From Isurus oxyrinchus (Eukaryota): DNA of 64,000 nucleotides. Shown piece after piece: positions 1-10,482 of this stretch (positions are counted from its first letter, which is position 1; every line of letters begins with the position of its first letter). The stretch lies in contig JANJGN010000021.1 in NCBI GenBank assembly GCA_026770705.1, positions 99,324,001 to 99,388,000 of the forward strand. Direction: 5' to 3'. The position numbers and the translations under genes were made by a program. Under the pieces are notes generated by a model, which had not been told where the DNA came from, did no database searches, and saw only the letters and a list, made by a program, of their open reading frames with translations.

Positions 1-250
1 GGCTCATAAACATTCCCAGCACCAAAGGAGGCCATTAAACCCATCGTATCCAAGTCGGTCAACAAAGGTCAGACTACACTCATCCTATTTTGCAACACTT
101 GGCCCATAGCGCTGGAGGCCATGGCAATGCAAGTGAATATCTAAATACTTCTTCAATATTACGAGAGCTTCTAACTCAACCACCCTTCCAGGCAGTGGGT
201 TCCAGACTCCCACCACCTTTCTCCTCAACTCCCCTCTTAATCCCAGCATT
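1..250 (-). mobile_element. CR1-type LINE 3' fragment (decayed)
   Basis: Resembles the reverse complement of CR1 3' ends seen elsewhere in the window (ggaggccatt...ccc, cttccaggcagtgggttccagactcccaccacc). Confidence 0.55.
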
Positions 251-279
251 AACTAAACTGACTCACACATGGTAAATGA

Positions 280-385
280 ACACAGAGGGAGTGCAGGGTG
301 AGGGAAAGGAGGGTGAGGAAGAGGAGATTGAGGGAGAGGAGGTTGAGGGAGTGGAGGGTGACGGAGTGGAGGGTGACGGAGTGGA
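280..385. repeat. Purine-rich ~15-bp tandem repeat (GAGGGTGANGGAGTG)
   Basis: About 6-7 diverged copies are directly visible. Confidence 0.75.
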
Positions 386-399
386 GAAAGACAGTGAAT

Positions 400-1205
400 C
401 CCCCTGAGGAATTTGAGTTGAATGTTCCTATCTTCTCCAGTATTGACTTGACTAAGAGGTGATCTCATTGAAACAGATAAAATTCTGAGAGGATTTGATG
501 GGAAGACATTGAGAATCTCTTTCCCCTGTCAGGAGAGTCCAGATCCAGGATTCCCAGTCTCAGGATAAGGGATCAGTCAGTTTGGGCTGAGATGGAGAAA
601 TGTCTTCACTCAGAGAGTTGTGAATCTTTGGAATTGTCTATCCAGAGGGTTGTGGATGATCAGGTGATGAGTACATTCAGCACTGAGATCCATCGATTCT
701 GCAGCACTGAGGGGATCAAGGGATCTGGGAATGAAGTGGGAATGTGGAATTGTAACTAAGTTGAAGTGGAGCTCCCTAGAATCATAGAAACTTTCAGCAC
801 AAAAGGAAACCATTCTGCCCATCTTCTCCTGCTGGATCTTTGAAACAGCCATTATGCTTTGTCCTAGATTCCCGCTTCTTGTCTTTATCACTGTAAGTTC
901 CTCATCCTCAAGCATCTGTTCAACCCCCTTTTAATATTATTTATGGGATCAGCTTCCACTACATTTTCAGGTGCAGTGTTCCACATCCCGACAACTCCCA
1001 GAGTGAAAAACGTTTCTCTTCTTCTCCTCTCTGGATCACTGAGCAGTGATAGTAAATCTATAACCTCTCGTTATCGATCACTCACCAGATAGAATCATTT
1101 TTCTCCATCTACTCTATCAAAACTTTTCTTCATCAGGAAAATCTCTATTCAATGACCTCTTAACCGTCTCTATTCCAGGAGACAGTCTGAACACTTCCAA
1201 TCTCT
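400..1205. mobile_element. Two decayed CR1 3' fragments (+ strand ~400-780, - strand ~780-1205)
   Basis: Motifs such as agaggtgatctcattgaaacagataaaattctgagagga and ttcactcagagagttgtgaatctttggaatt match the CR1 ORF2 C-terminus (RGDLIE..K, F.QRVVNLWN) of the intact copies in this window. Confidence 0.7.
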
Positions 1206-1548
1206 CCTATTGATGTAGGGAATCAGCCATGATCTTAATGAATGGTGGAGCAGGCCTGAGGGAGGCGTATGGACTATTCCTGCTCTGATTTCTTATGTTC
1301 ATCTTCCTGAGACCACAGCTCCCAGGAGTGGAGAAGCAGGGACAGGAGAGGAGGGGGAGGGAATGAGGGTAACAGAGTGGATGGGGAGGGAATGGTGGGT
1401 AAGGAAAGGAGGGTGAGGGTGTCGTCAGCAAGGGAGGAGTGAGTGAGTGACCCACATTTGCAATCCTAAATTACTCCCAGGAGAATATAATTGTACAACT
1501 TTCAATCCCTCCTATTTCACTCCCACAATCTGTCCCTCAGTCACTTAC

Positions 1549-1581
1549 TCTGAGCTGTTGTGTAGGTCACACTTGGTGAAT
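1549..1581 (-). CDS. MHC class I-like cytoplasmic exon, 33 bp, (D)SPSVTYTTAQ
   Basis: Minus strand: atttatttttcttctgcag|AT TCA CCA AGT GTG ACC TAC ACA ACA GCT CAG A|gtaagt. Phase 1-1, 33 bp and Tyr-containing, like the first cytoplasmic exon of class I genes. Confidence 0.75.
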
Positions 1582-1903
1582 CTGCAGAAGAAAAATAAAT
1601 GTCAGTTAGAATGGGGAATAATCCATTATCAGAGAGTGAAAACACAACAAGTGTGAGGGAATGGAGATTGTGTAAGAAATACTCATTCCCATACTCCCCT
1701 CCATCCTTACACTTTATGGATAGCCTGTCGATCTCTTCCATTCCATCGATATTCAGTAGGCGAGGATGTGAGTGTGTGTGGTGGGTTTAATGATCAATAT
1801 TAGACCTGGTCTGGGCTGATCACACTAAGGAAGATCAGACGGGAACAAGACATGTTTATATGTGTGTATCTGTGTGTGGGAATTAAATCAGTTCCATTCA
1901 ACA

Positions 1904-2054
1904 CAGTGTCCTGTACTCCCAGTACCGGAGATTCCCCCACACTCACTCTGTCCCCTCAGTTCCACATTCCCCTCTCTCTCACTCTCCCTGCTCAGTGTCC
2001 TGTACTCCCAGTACTGGAGATTCCCCCACACTCACTCTGTCCCCTCAGTTCCAC
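1904..2054. repeat. Tandem duplication of ~62 bp (period 89) in the class I intron
   Basis: cagtgtcctgtactcccagtac(c/t)ggagattcccccacactcactctgtcccctcagttccac occurs at ~1904 and ~1993. Confidence 0.85.
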
Positions 2055-2077
2055 GTTCCCGCCTCTTGGATTTTTAC

Positions 2078-2194
2078 CTCTCCGTTGCCTTTTCCAAATT
2101 AACATTCCAATTATCCTGAATATAAAAATCCCAGTGATCACTAATCATGTTACAATTCCAAGAATTAGAAGATCTCCACTGTTTTCCAAGATTT
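2078..2194 (-). pseudogene. MHC class I-like connecting-peptide/transmembrane exon (117 bp) with an in-frame stop
   Basis: Minus strand: tgtgtttcag|(E)ILENSGDLLILGIVT*LVITGIFIFRIIGMLIWKRQRR|gtaaaa. Phase 1-1 hydrophobic segment followed by a basic stop-transfer motif (WKRQRR). TGA at 2147-2145, and an Arg inside the TM segment. Confidence 0.8.
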
Positions 2195-2279
2195 CTGAAA
2201 CACATTTGAATAATATCAGGATTGTCTCTCTGTTCCCGGATCCATTCCCAGGTCTGACCGGGGACATTGGCAGGATGTG

Positions 2280-3245
2280 ATAAGTTGTATTCCCCAGGGA
2301 TCTGTCCTGGGGCCTCAGCTTTTCACCGTCTATATTCATGGCTTGGATGCAGGAACAGAGAGTCGTATATCCAAGTTTACAGATGACACTAAGTTAGGAG
2401 ACACAGTGAAGGGGCATTGACAGATTAAATGAGTGAATTCCATCTGCCACAGTTTTCCCAATGTAGGGAAGTGTGGGATAACCCACATTAAATCTGGGAA
2501 CGATAATTTGGAATATTTTCATCATGTTCAGAGTCTGGGAGCTGTAAAAAATCAGATGGATGGCCATGTACACAAATCACTAAAAGCTCGTTCACTATTA
2601 TAAAAAATCAATCAGAAAGGCTAATGGGCTGTTGTCCTTTATCTCAAGGGGGTTTGAACACAAAGTGAGGAAATGATACTTCAGTTGTACAGAGCTTTGG
2701 TCAGACTCCATCTGGAGAATGACATTCAGTTCCGGACACCAAACCTCACATCAGATATACTGGCCTTGGAGGGGAACAGTGTAGATTCAGCAGAATGATC
2801 CCACAGCTCAGAGGGTTCAGTTATGAGGACAGGTTCTATAAAGCTGACATCTATTTCCTTGCGTTTAACAGGGTGGAGGATGATCTGATGGAGATGTTTA
2901 AAATGATAAAGGGAGTCGATAGTGTCACAGAGAGAAACTATCTTCTCTGGTGATAGAATCCAGAACAAGAGAGAATCAACTTAAAATTAGAGTGAGGAGT
3001 GAAATCAGGAAGCAATTCTTCACAAAAAGGGCAGTGGACATCTGGAACTCTCTCCAGCAAGAGGCTGTGGGAGCTGGGGGTCAACTGAAATTTTCCAGAC
3101 TGAGATGGAGAGATCTTTGTTGTGTAAGAGCAGTGAGAGATGTGGAGCAATAGTGGGTAAGTGGAGATGAGGTACAGATTAGTCAGGATCTCAAGGATGG
3201 TGGAATGGTTCAAAGTGCTTAATGGCCTTCTCTTGCTTATATTAC
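2280..3245 (+). mobile_element. CR1 LINE 3' fragment (RT region to 3' end), decayed, in the intron between alpha3 and TM
   Basis: ccccagggatctgtcctggggcctcagcttttcacc (PQGSVLGP), aagtttacagatgacactaag (KF.DDTK), and a 3' UTR ending in aatggccttctcttg. Confidence 0.85.
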
Positions 3246-3254
3246 CATAATTTG

Positions 3255-3260
3255 TTTATT
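3255..3260 (-). promoter_or_regulatory. Candidate polyadenylation signal AATAAA just after the alpha3 read-through stop
   Basis: Minus strand …GAA CTG TAG T AATAAA C. Confidence 0.4.
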
Positions 3261-3261
3261 A

Positions 3262-3554
3262 CTACAGTTCCTTATCCCACTGATAGAGCTTGCTCTCTGC
3301 CAGGCTGCTATGTTCAATTTGACAGGAGTATTGATCCTCATCCCCAGCATTTATTTCAATCTTTTTCTGGATCTGATGGGTCCCATCGTGGTTGGGTCGA
3401 ACCCCCGAGGATAGTGTCTCAGACATTACCTCTCCATTCCTTAGCCAGCTCACCTCAATGTCTACAGGATAAAACTCAGTAACCAGGCAGGAGAGAGTGA
3501 GCGGCTTGTACTGACTATCGGGGTCACTTCTGGAGATGAACACTTCAGGCTGAA
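3262..3554 (-). CDS. MHC class I-like alpha3 (Ig C1-set) exon; reads through a lost donor site to a stop (…YQWDKEL*)
   Basis: Acceptor ttttcaccctttcccattacag| precedes 3554. VQPEVFIS…LTLSCLVTEFYPVDIEVSWLRNG…GVRPNHDGTHQ…YSCQIEHSSL has the C1-set motifs C-x3-FYP, W, PN.DGT.Q and YxCxxxHxS. The expected exon end at 3276 (279 bp, phase 1-1) is followed by ATAAG instead of GTAAG. Downstream TM and 33-bp cytoplasmic exons support a class I architecture. Confidence 0.85.
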
Positions 3555-4264
3555 CTGTAATGGGAAAGGGTGAAAATACAAACAATAGACAGACACTGAA
3601 TGTTAAATTGAGGGGGTTTGGGGCTGTGTTTAATCCCGTCAGAAGGCTGCACAGGGCTGTGTGTCTTCAGTATGTTAAGCTGGATAATACCCAAAAATGG
3701 ATCACAATATGCAATTTATCTGCAGCCATCTTTTGCATTTCAGGGGCATGTTAGATCTAAACAATGGGCAGTGCTGGAAAAACTCAGCTGGTCTGGGAGC
3801 ATCTCTGGAGGGACAAACCGAGTCCAAATGTCTCTTCATTATAATGTCAGACCTGCTGAGTTATTCCAGCCTCTCCTGTTTTTATTTCAGATCTCCAGCA
3901 TCTGCGGTATTTTACTTTCATTTCAGAGCTTGATCTAAGCTGCCTGCTGTTTACCATAATTTCTGCGTATTGCAGCCATTGCTTTGAGCTGTTCATTGGA
4001 TGTATGCATCAGTGGTGGACTCAATATTGTAATTGGTTAGCACTGCTGAATGGCAGCCTGCACCTCTTTATGGGGTGGTTAGGCCGGGGGTTGGGGTGGG
4101 TTGGAGGGTGGAAGGGTGCATACAGGCTGATATACGTATGCAAGTCATTTGTGAACTGAAGCTGTGGTGTCAAAGCTTGAAAAATGGCTGGACATGCAAC
4201 GTGGTCTCAGTTTTTCAGCCGCACTGGTGGTATTGGTGTATGAAGTGGAATAAAGGAGATTTTT

Positions 4265-4925
4265 AAAAATATATTGGTTCACAAGATGTGGGCATCACTG
4301 GCTAGGTCAGCAGTTATTGCCCACCCCTAATTGCCCTTGAGAAGGTGGTGGTGAGCTGCCTTCTTGAATCGCTGCAGTCCATGTGGTGTAGGTACACCCA
4401 CCGTGCTGTTAGGAAGGGAGTTCCAGGATTCTGACCCAGCGACAGTGAAGGAGCGACGATATATTTCCAAGTCAGGGTGGTGAGTGACCTGGAGAGGAAT
4501 TTCCAGGTGGTGGTGTTCCCATCTATCTGCTGCTCTTGTCCTTCTAGGTGTCAGAAATCACGAGTTTGGAAGGTGCTGTCTAAGGAGCCTTGGTGAATTC
4601 CTGCAGTGCATCTTGTAGATGGTGCGTACTGCTGCTACTGTGTGTCAGCAGTGGAGGGAATGTTTGTGGATGGGGTGCCAATCAAATGGGCTGCTTTGTC
4701 CTGGATGGTGTCAAGCTTCTTGAGTGTTGTGGGAGCTGCACTCATCCAGGCAAGTGGGGAGTATTCCATCACACTCCTGACTTGTGCCTTGTAGATGGTG
4801 GACAGGCTTTGGGGAGTCAGGAGGTAAGTTAGAAACTGCAGAATTCCCAGCTTCTGACCTGCTCTTGCAGCTTCAGTATTTATACGGCTAGTCCCGTTCA
4901 GTTTCTGGTCAATGGTAATCCATAG
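4265..4925 (-). mobile_element. CR1-clade LINE 3' fragment
   Basis: ORF 4635..5138 contains LTPQSLSTIYKAQVRSVMEYSPLAWMSAAPTTLKKLDTIQDKA. The same family occurs at 49690-50300, 8420-8612 and 63440-63610. Confidence 0.85.
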
Positions 4926-4974
4926 AATGTTAACCTCAGGTTGGGAAAGTGATACTCCAGGCACACAATTAATA

Positions 4975-5080
4975 GGCAGTGGGAATGGATAACCACAGAG
5001 GTTAATGGTAGGAATGTTCCTCCAACAATATGGATACAATGCAGGAAGAAGCTTAGTAACCTGACATAATTTGTCAAGGT
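4975..5080 (+). mobile_element. Myb/SANT-like fragment of a Harbinger-type element (decayed)
   Basis: Translates as WEWITTEVNGRNVPPTIWIQCRKKLSNLT, matching the W..VA..VN…R…QCRKK..DL pattern, and is followed by a gtgaat donor-like site. Confidence 0.55.
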
Positions 5081-6919
5081 GAATGAGTCCAATCTTCAAA
5101 TGGCATTTCCCATTCACTGCACCACTCGCCTCATCCACTGCTTTAGTATACTCTTATCACCCACCTACTAACAATCTGTATCAATCAAGGATCAACCCTC
5201 CCATTCATAAGCTTTACCTCATCCTCACATGGTTAGCATTATTGGAAGTCTACATCCAAGACTCACAGCTCACACACACTGGCAGCTATTTAACCATGAC
5301 AGCCACATCACCCAAACAGATTGCAGCATACTCACCCTCTTTCTCGCAGAAAGAGGAAATAGCAGGAAAGACCTGGAGAAGGATACATCTGCCTGAATGT
5401 TTTAACCTTGCATGGAGATGACATGGGGAAGGCTGTGAGGTCAAGCTGAAGCAATTGAAGGTGAGGATGTTCTCATACTTACCCTCCTTCTCATGTCCCT
5501 CTTGCACCTCATTCTACGTCTTCTGACTCACAAGCTGCAGATGGTATAAGCTTGCACTTCTCATGTTCTCCCCTCCCCTCAGGGCAGACCAGCCCTCGTC
5601 CTTTTTACATTTTGATATCCAGGAACAGGAGCCTTCACTCTCTAATCGACCCTGCTCTAAATCTGCACCACTGTTTGCCCTCAATACGAACCTGTTGAGA
5701 AATAGGCCTGCCTGTTGATCAATAAAAGGACCCCCAACTTGCTGAGACCAAACTCTAACTCTGGCACCTCCCCTAACTCCATCTGAACTGTTACCCAGAC
5801 TTCAGTGACTGCTCTCCTCGTGACCTATCCCAACAGTACCTTGAAATCCATAGTTCCTCAACTCTGTCAAAACCTCCTAGATCCTGTGTAAAGAAAGCAG
5901 ATTCCCAGTAACATTGGAACAGTGTTCAGCACAACCTATAGAAAGGCAAGTATAGCTAGGATCCATGTCTGCTTCTCCAATGGGTGGGATTGGTTAGGAT
6001 CCAAATCAGAGACAGGATGCACGCAGGCTCCAACAGACTGTTGATCCATTGTGAAGAGACAATGAATGGGACTGAAAAATCCCAAATCATGGAAGTGGCA
6101 GAAAGGTGTTAAGGTTCTCACTGAAGTTGATTGGGAGGGCAAAAAGGTAAAGGTAAAGGTAAAGTCAACCTAGCAGGAAATTAATTCAGATTGATGGTAA
6201 ACAAGTGGGACAGGTGGGCTCGTGTATCTTGGGCAGGACGAAGAAATGGGTTCTGCAGAGCTGGGGAACTATGAGATTCAAAGCAATATTGAGATAGGTC
6301 ACCAGGAGAGACGAGACTAGCTGCTGTCTGGGGAATAATGACATGGAATCAAAGTTCATCTGGAGTTAAAAAGAGTTGTCAAAGTTGAGGTTTGGTCTTA
6401 GCAAGTTGGAGGCTCTTCCACAACACCCAGGCCTACTGCTCAACAGGTTCTGTCACCATGATGGGGTTCGAATTGAGGGAAGGGAAGGCTGTAAGTTAAG
6501 GTCAGAGAGTAAGGAAGTTCTCATTGAAAAGGTGGAGAGATAGCAGGACCCCAGAGCAAAGTTGTCAATTCTCCAGCATTGTGTTCAAGACTCCAGGGAT
6601 TAAAATTTAAGCTCATCTGCACTGCTGCCAGTAACTATGAGAAAAATCATAGCGGAAATGGACAAAATTCTGCTTTTTGTTCATGATGATTGAACATTTT
6701 AAATTGAGTTACAAAGTATTAGAGAGGGGGAAAGGAGGTTTGACTGAATGGGACAGAGGGAGGTTAGAAGCCTATAGGATGTGCCCAGGGAGAAAGCTGA
6801 GAGATGGAGGAGAATGCTGAAAGCTGGACTCTGAGGTAAGGGTCCAGTGGCATGATGGTGACCCGGCTTGTGTCAGACTCCGTCTGTAAAACCGAGACCT
6901 TGCAGTACCTCCAACAAAC

Positions 6920-7282
6920 TGGGGTTTAAATTAATGAGGGTTTAGGATTGGGTTCAGAGACAGGATTTCAATGGACGAGGGTTTAGGATTGGGGTCAGAG
7001 ACGGGATTTAAATTGATGAGGGTTTACGATTGGGGTCAGACTCAGGGTTTAAATTGAAGAGGGTTTAGGATTGGGGTCAGACTCAGGGTTTAAATTGAAG
7101 AGGGTTTAGGATTGGGGTCAGAGACGGGATTTAAACTGATGAGGGTTTAGGATTGGGGTCAGACTCAGGGTTTAAATTGAAGAGGGTTTAGGATTGGGGT
7201 CAGAGACGGGATTTAAACTGATGAGGGTTTAGGATTGGGGTCAGACTCAGGGTTTAAATTGATGAGGGTTTAGGATTAGGTT
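6920..7282. repeat. 39-40 bp minisatellite (gggtttaaattgatgagggtttaggattggggtcagactca), ~9 copies
   Basis: Directly visible tandem array with two alternating unit variants. Confidence 0.9.
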
Positions 7283-9057
7283 TATATTTTAACTAGGTTT
7301 AAAGCTTCTCCCAGGGCTACCCTCCCTCTCACTATCTGAAGGGAAGTTCCACTCCCAGCTCATGCTAAATGGCTGGAATCTTTGATTGGCATTTTAGTTG
7401 TGGGTGGTTTCTCCTTGGAATGCAGTTTCTGACTGGCTGTGAACACTGTCAGTCTGTCTAATGTGCCCTGTGCCCCGATTTCCTCCTCCTTTCTTTCAGC
7501 AGGTTCAGTCCCTCCTGTGTCTGCAATCAAAGTGTGAGCAATAAAGCTGGTGAGGGGCTGGAAGAAGGTTTGTACACATTTTATACAGTAAAATTGTTAA
7601 TGTTGAGGCAGTCTGATTATCCTGCTGGGAATCAGGAAGGGGGCTGCACTGTGTATGAGGATCCCAGCTCAGAGGCTTCTGTGCTTTGTGTTGAACTGTT
7701 CGGCTGGAGCTGAGAGTTGGAGATTGAGTGACTGTGCTTATTGGAAGCACCTCCCTTTCATTGACAGGCTGAGTTTTATTTGTGGGCCATTGCTGAAACT
7801 GAGAAGGCGAGGGGTAAATAGCCGAGAGGTGCAGGAGGATTCTTATAGATTCCCTGCCTGTGATGAGAATGCATTTCTGGAGACCATTCTCTGGGAGGAA
7901 TCCTGCTGTAAAGGGAAGTCTAGTTTGTTGGGTAAATCTGTTGTAAGAGTCAGGGCAAGCTTGGGCCTAGTTTTGAGGTCAGTCCATGCCAACATGGTTG
8001 ACCCTTAGCTGCTCTCTCAAGTGGGCCAGCAGGCAATTGGAGCGTATCAGCGATGGGCAATCAATGCCGATCTTTCAAGTGACACCAAAAATGATCAGAA
8101 ATGGAGACGTAGTTGGATATACAGAGCAGCTCGGCCAGCTCAGTGTGAAGAGCACTGGTGATGGTGTGATCGCATTTCCAAAGTCCTGCTTCTTTAAAAA
8201 AAACAGTTTCTATTTGTTTTTTCCAAGGCTGGGGCAGTTCGGCTCAGTGTGTATTGTTCAGCAGGTTATTTAATTGGCAGCACTTTTTCAATTGAACAGC
8301 TCTGTTATTTAAGTAGTGCACTGTTCCACTAGCAGTCTTTTTTCAAATCAGTGACTTTGAAGAGGTTTGAGTGACCATAAAGGGTGCTTTCACAGATAGT
8401 GAGAATAAGGAAACCTATCGCTGTTCCTTCACTGTCGCTGGGTCAAAATCCTGGAACTCCCTCCCTAACTGCACGGTCGGTGTACCTACACCACAGGGAC
8501 TGCAGCGGTTCAAGAAGGCAGCTCACCACCACCTTCTCAAGGGCAATTAGGGGTGGGCAGTAAATGCTGGCCCGGCCAGCGAAGCCCACATCCCGTGAAT
8601 GAATTAAAAAAAAGGAAAGGGCTGATTTATCATTTTAGCACAGGGGAAGGGAACTATTTAGTATTTCTACTCAAGGAGCTGCCTGTGATGTTACTGATAC
8701 CATTCACTTGTTCTCATGGTGTTTAATCATTGTGTTTGTCAAAGTTTACAAGGGGCAGTTTAGACTTACACTCCCACCTCTTAACTACAAACCGCATTCT
8801 GTGAGGATACGGGATAGAGCAAGACACTGAAATAACCTGTTTTCTTTATTTCTTACCTGGCCATGGCATGAATTTTATACAGATATCAAGGTAAAAGCAC
8901 TCTGAGATAGAACAAGTGAGAACTCACCTACAATCTGAAACAACGAAAAGGGCAAGAGACCAAAAAGGATGGCATGTCCAGCCCCTAACTCTGAATCATT
9001 AGTTTGATTTAGACATTAGTTTTAGTGGTGCTGAGCGAATGGGCATATCGAGGAGAC

Positions 9058-9370
9058 CGCAGTGGGACTGAGTGAGAGGGTCAGGGAGACAATAACATTC
9101 ACAGTGGGACTGAATTGTCAGGGAGACTGTAACCCACACACAGTAGAACTGAGTGACAGGGAGACTGTAACCCTCATAGAGTGGGACTGAGAGTCAGGGA
9201 GACTGTAAGCCTCACACAGTGGGCCTGAGTGACAGGGAGACTGTAACCCTCATAGAGTGGGACTGAGAGTCAGGGAGACTGTAACCCTCACACAGTGGGC
9301 CTGAGTGACAGGGAGACTGTAACCCTCATAGAGTGGGACTGAGTGACAGGGAGACTGTGGCCCTCAGGAC
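9058..9370. repeat. 38-40 bp minisatellite (cagggagactgtaaccctcacacagtgggactgagtga), ~8 copies
   Basis: Directly visible tandem array. Confidence 0.9.
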
Positions 9371-10043
9371 TGGTTATAAGTGGAACTGAGTGATATGATC
9401 TGGGAAACTACAACAAATCATCAGCTGAACAAGGTAGGAGCCTGGAATGTCAAAATCTCTTTGTCGATAATGCACTGGTTTGCTTACCAAAGGCAGGTGA
9501 GCTTTGGGGAGTTGGGAGATGTCACGTAGGCACAGCTGATGTGCTATATTGTGCACAATGTTGTACAGTGCAATTGGGGGTCTCAGAGACAAAGAAGCAA
9601 CTTACTGTATTCCTGGAAACCAGGCCATTGCCAGATCTTTGTTTCAAGTGATCGCTGTCGGGAAACACCCTAATACAATAAGACAACAGCAACAAGTGGT
9701 GTGGCCAGCAAGCTGAGGCAGTGTCCTTACTGAACTGAGCACAGGTCCAGATTACACTCGAGTTATGGTCTCTACTAATATGACAGGCAGGGCGATAGCG
9801 GGGGTCACACTGAGTCAGGTGAATGAACAAGGGGAGGAGTAACAGTTGTTTACTCGAGCCACAAGCTATTGTCTTGTAGCGCTCACTGCCTGGGAAGAAT
9901 TACACTGCCCATGTGAGTATTGTGAAGATTGAGCCATAGCTCTGCACATTTCACGTAAATGCAGATCACAATCCACTGACTCATTTAAACTCAGAATAGG
10001 GCATTGCAGAGGTTGTGGTGAATGGGAATACAGGGGGGTTAGA

Positions 10044-10482
10044 GCATAAGAACATAAGAAATAGGAACAGGAGTAGACCATTCGGCCCCTCGAGCCTGTT
10101 CCGCCATTCAATAAGATCATGGCTGATCTTCTTGTGTTTCGATTTCCACATTCCAATTTAACCCCGATAACCTCTGATTCCCTGGCCTGACAGGAATCTA
10201 ACTATCTCTGCCTTAAAAGTATCCAGTGACCCCACCTCCACCGCCTTCTGAGGCAGAGAGTTCCAAAGTCACACAACCCTCTGAGAGAAAAAAAATCCTC
10301 CTCCTCTCTGTCCTAAAAGGGCAACCCCTAATTCTAAAACGTGGCCCCTAGTTCTGGACTCACCCACAAGAGGAAACAGCCTTTCAACCTCCACCTTGTC
10401 AATAACGTTCAGGATCTCATATACTTCAATCAAATCGCCCTTCACCCTTCTAAACACCAGGGGAAACAAGCCCAATCTGTCC
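10044..10482 (-). mobile_element. CR1 LINE 3' fragment
   Basis: Tail cataagaacataagaaataggaacagg. ORF 10269..10475 reads FRRVKGDLIEVYEIL…GESRTRGH. Confidence 0.9.

Noticed and set aside
3262-3554. Immunoglobulin/TCR constant domain or MHC class II domain
   Set aside because: The PNHDGTHQ motif and a single C1 exon followed by 117-bp TM and 33-bp Tyr-containing exons fit class I better. Lineage not assigned.
7500-8400. ORFs 7655..8008 and 7986..8273 as class I alpha1/alpha2 or another gene
   Set aside because: Wrong strand for the class I gene, no recognisable motifs and no convincing splice structure.
9058-9370. CACAGTG heptamers as V(D)J recombination signal sequences
   Set aside because: No ACAAAAACC-like nonamer at 12/23 spacing and no V/J segments; the heptamer is just part of the repeat unit.
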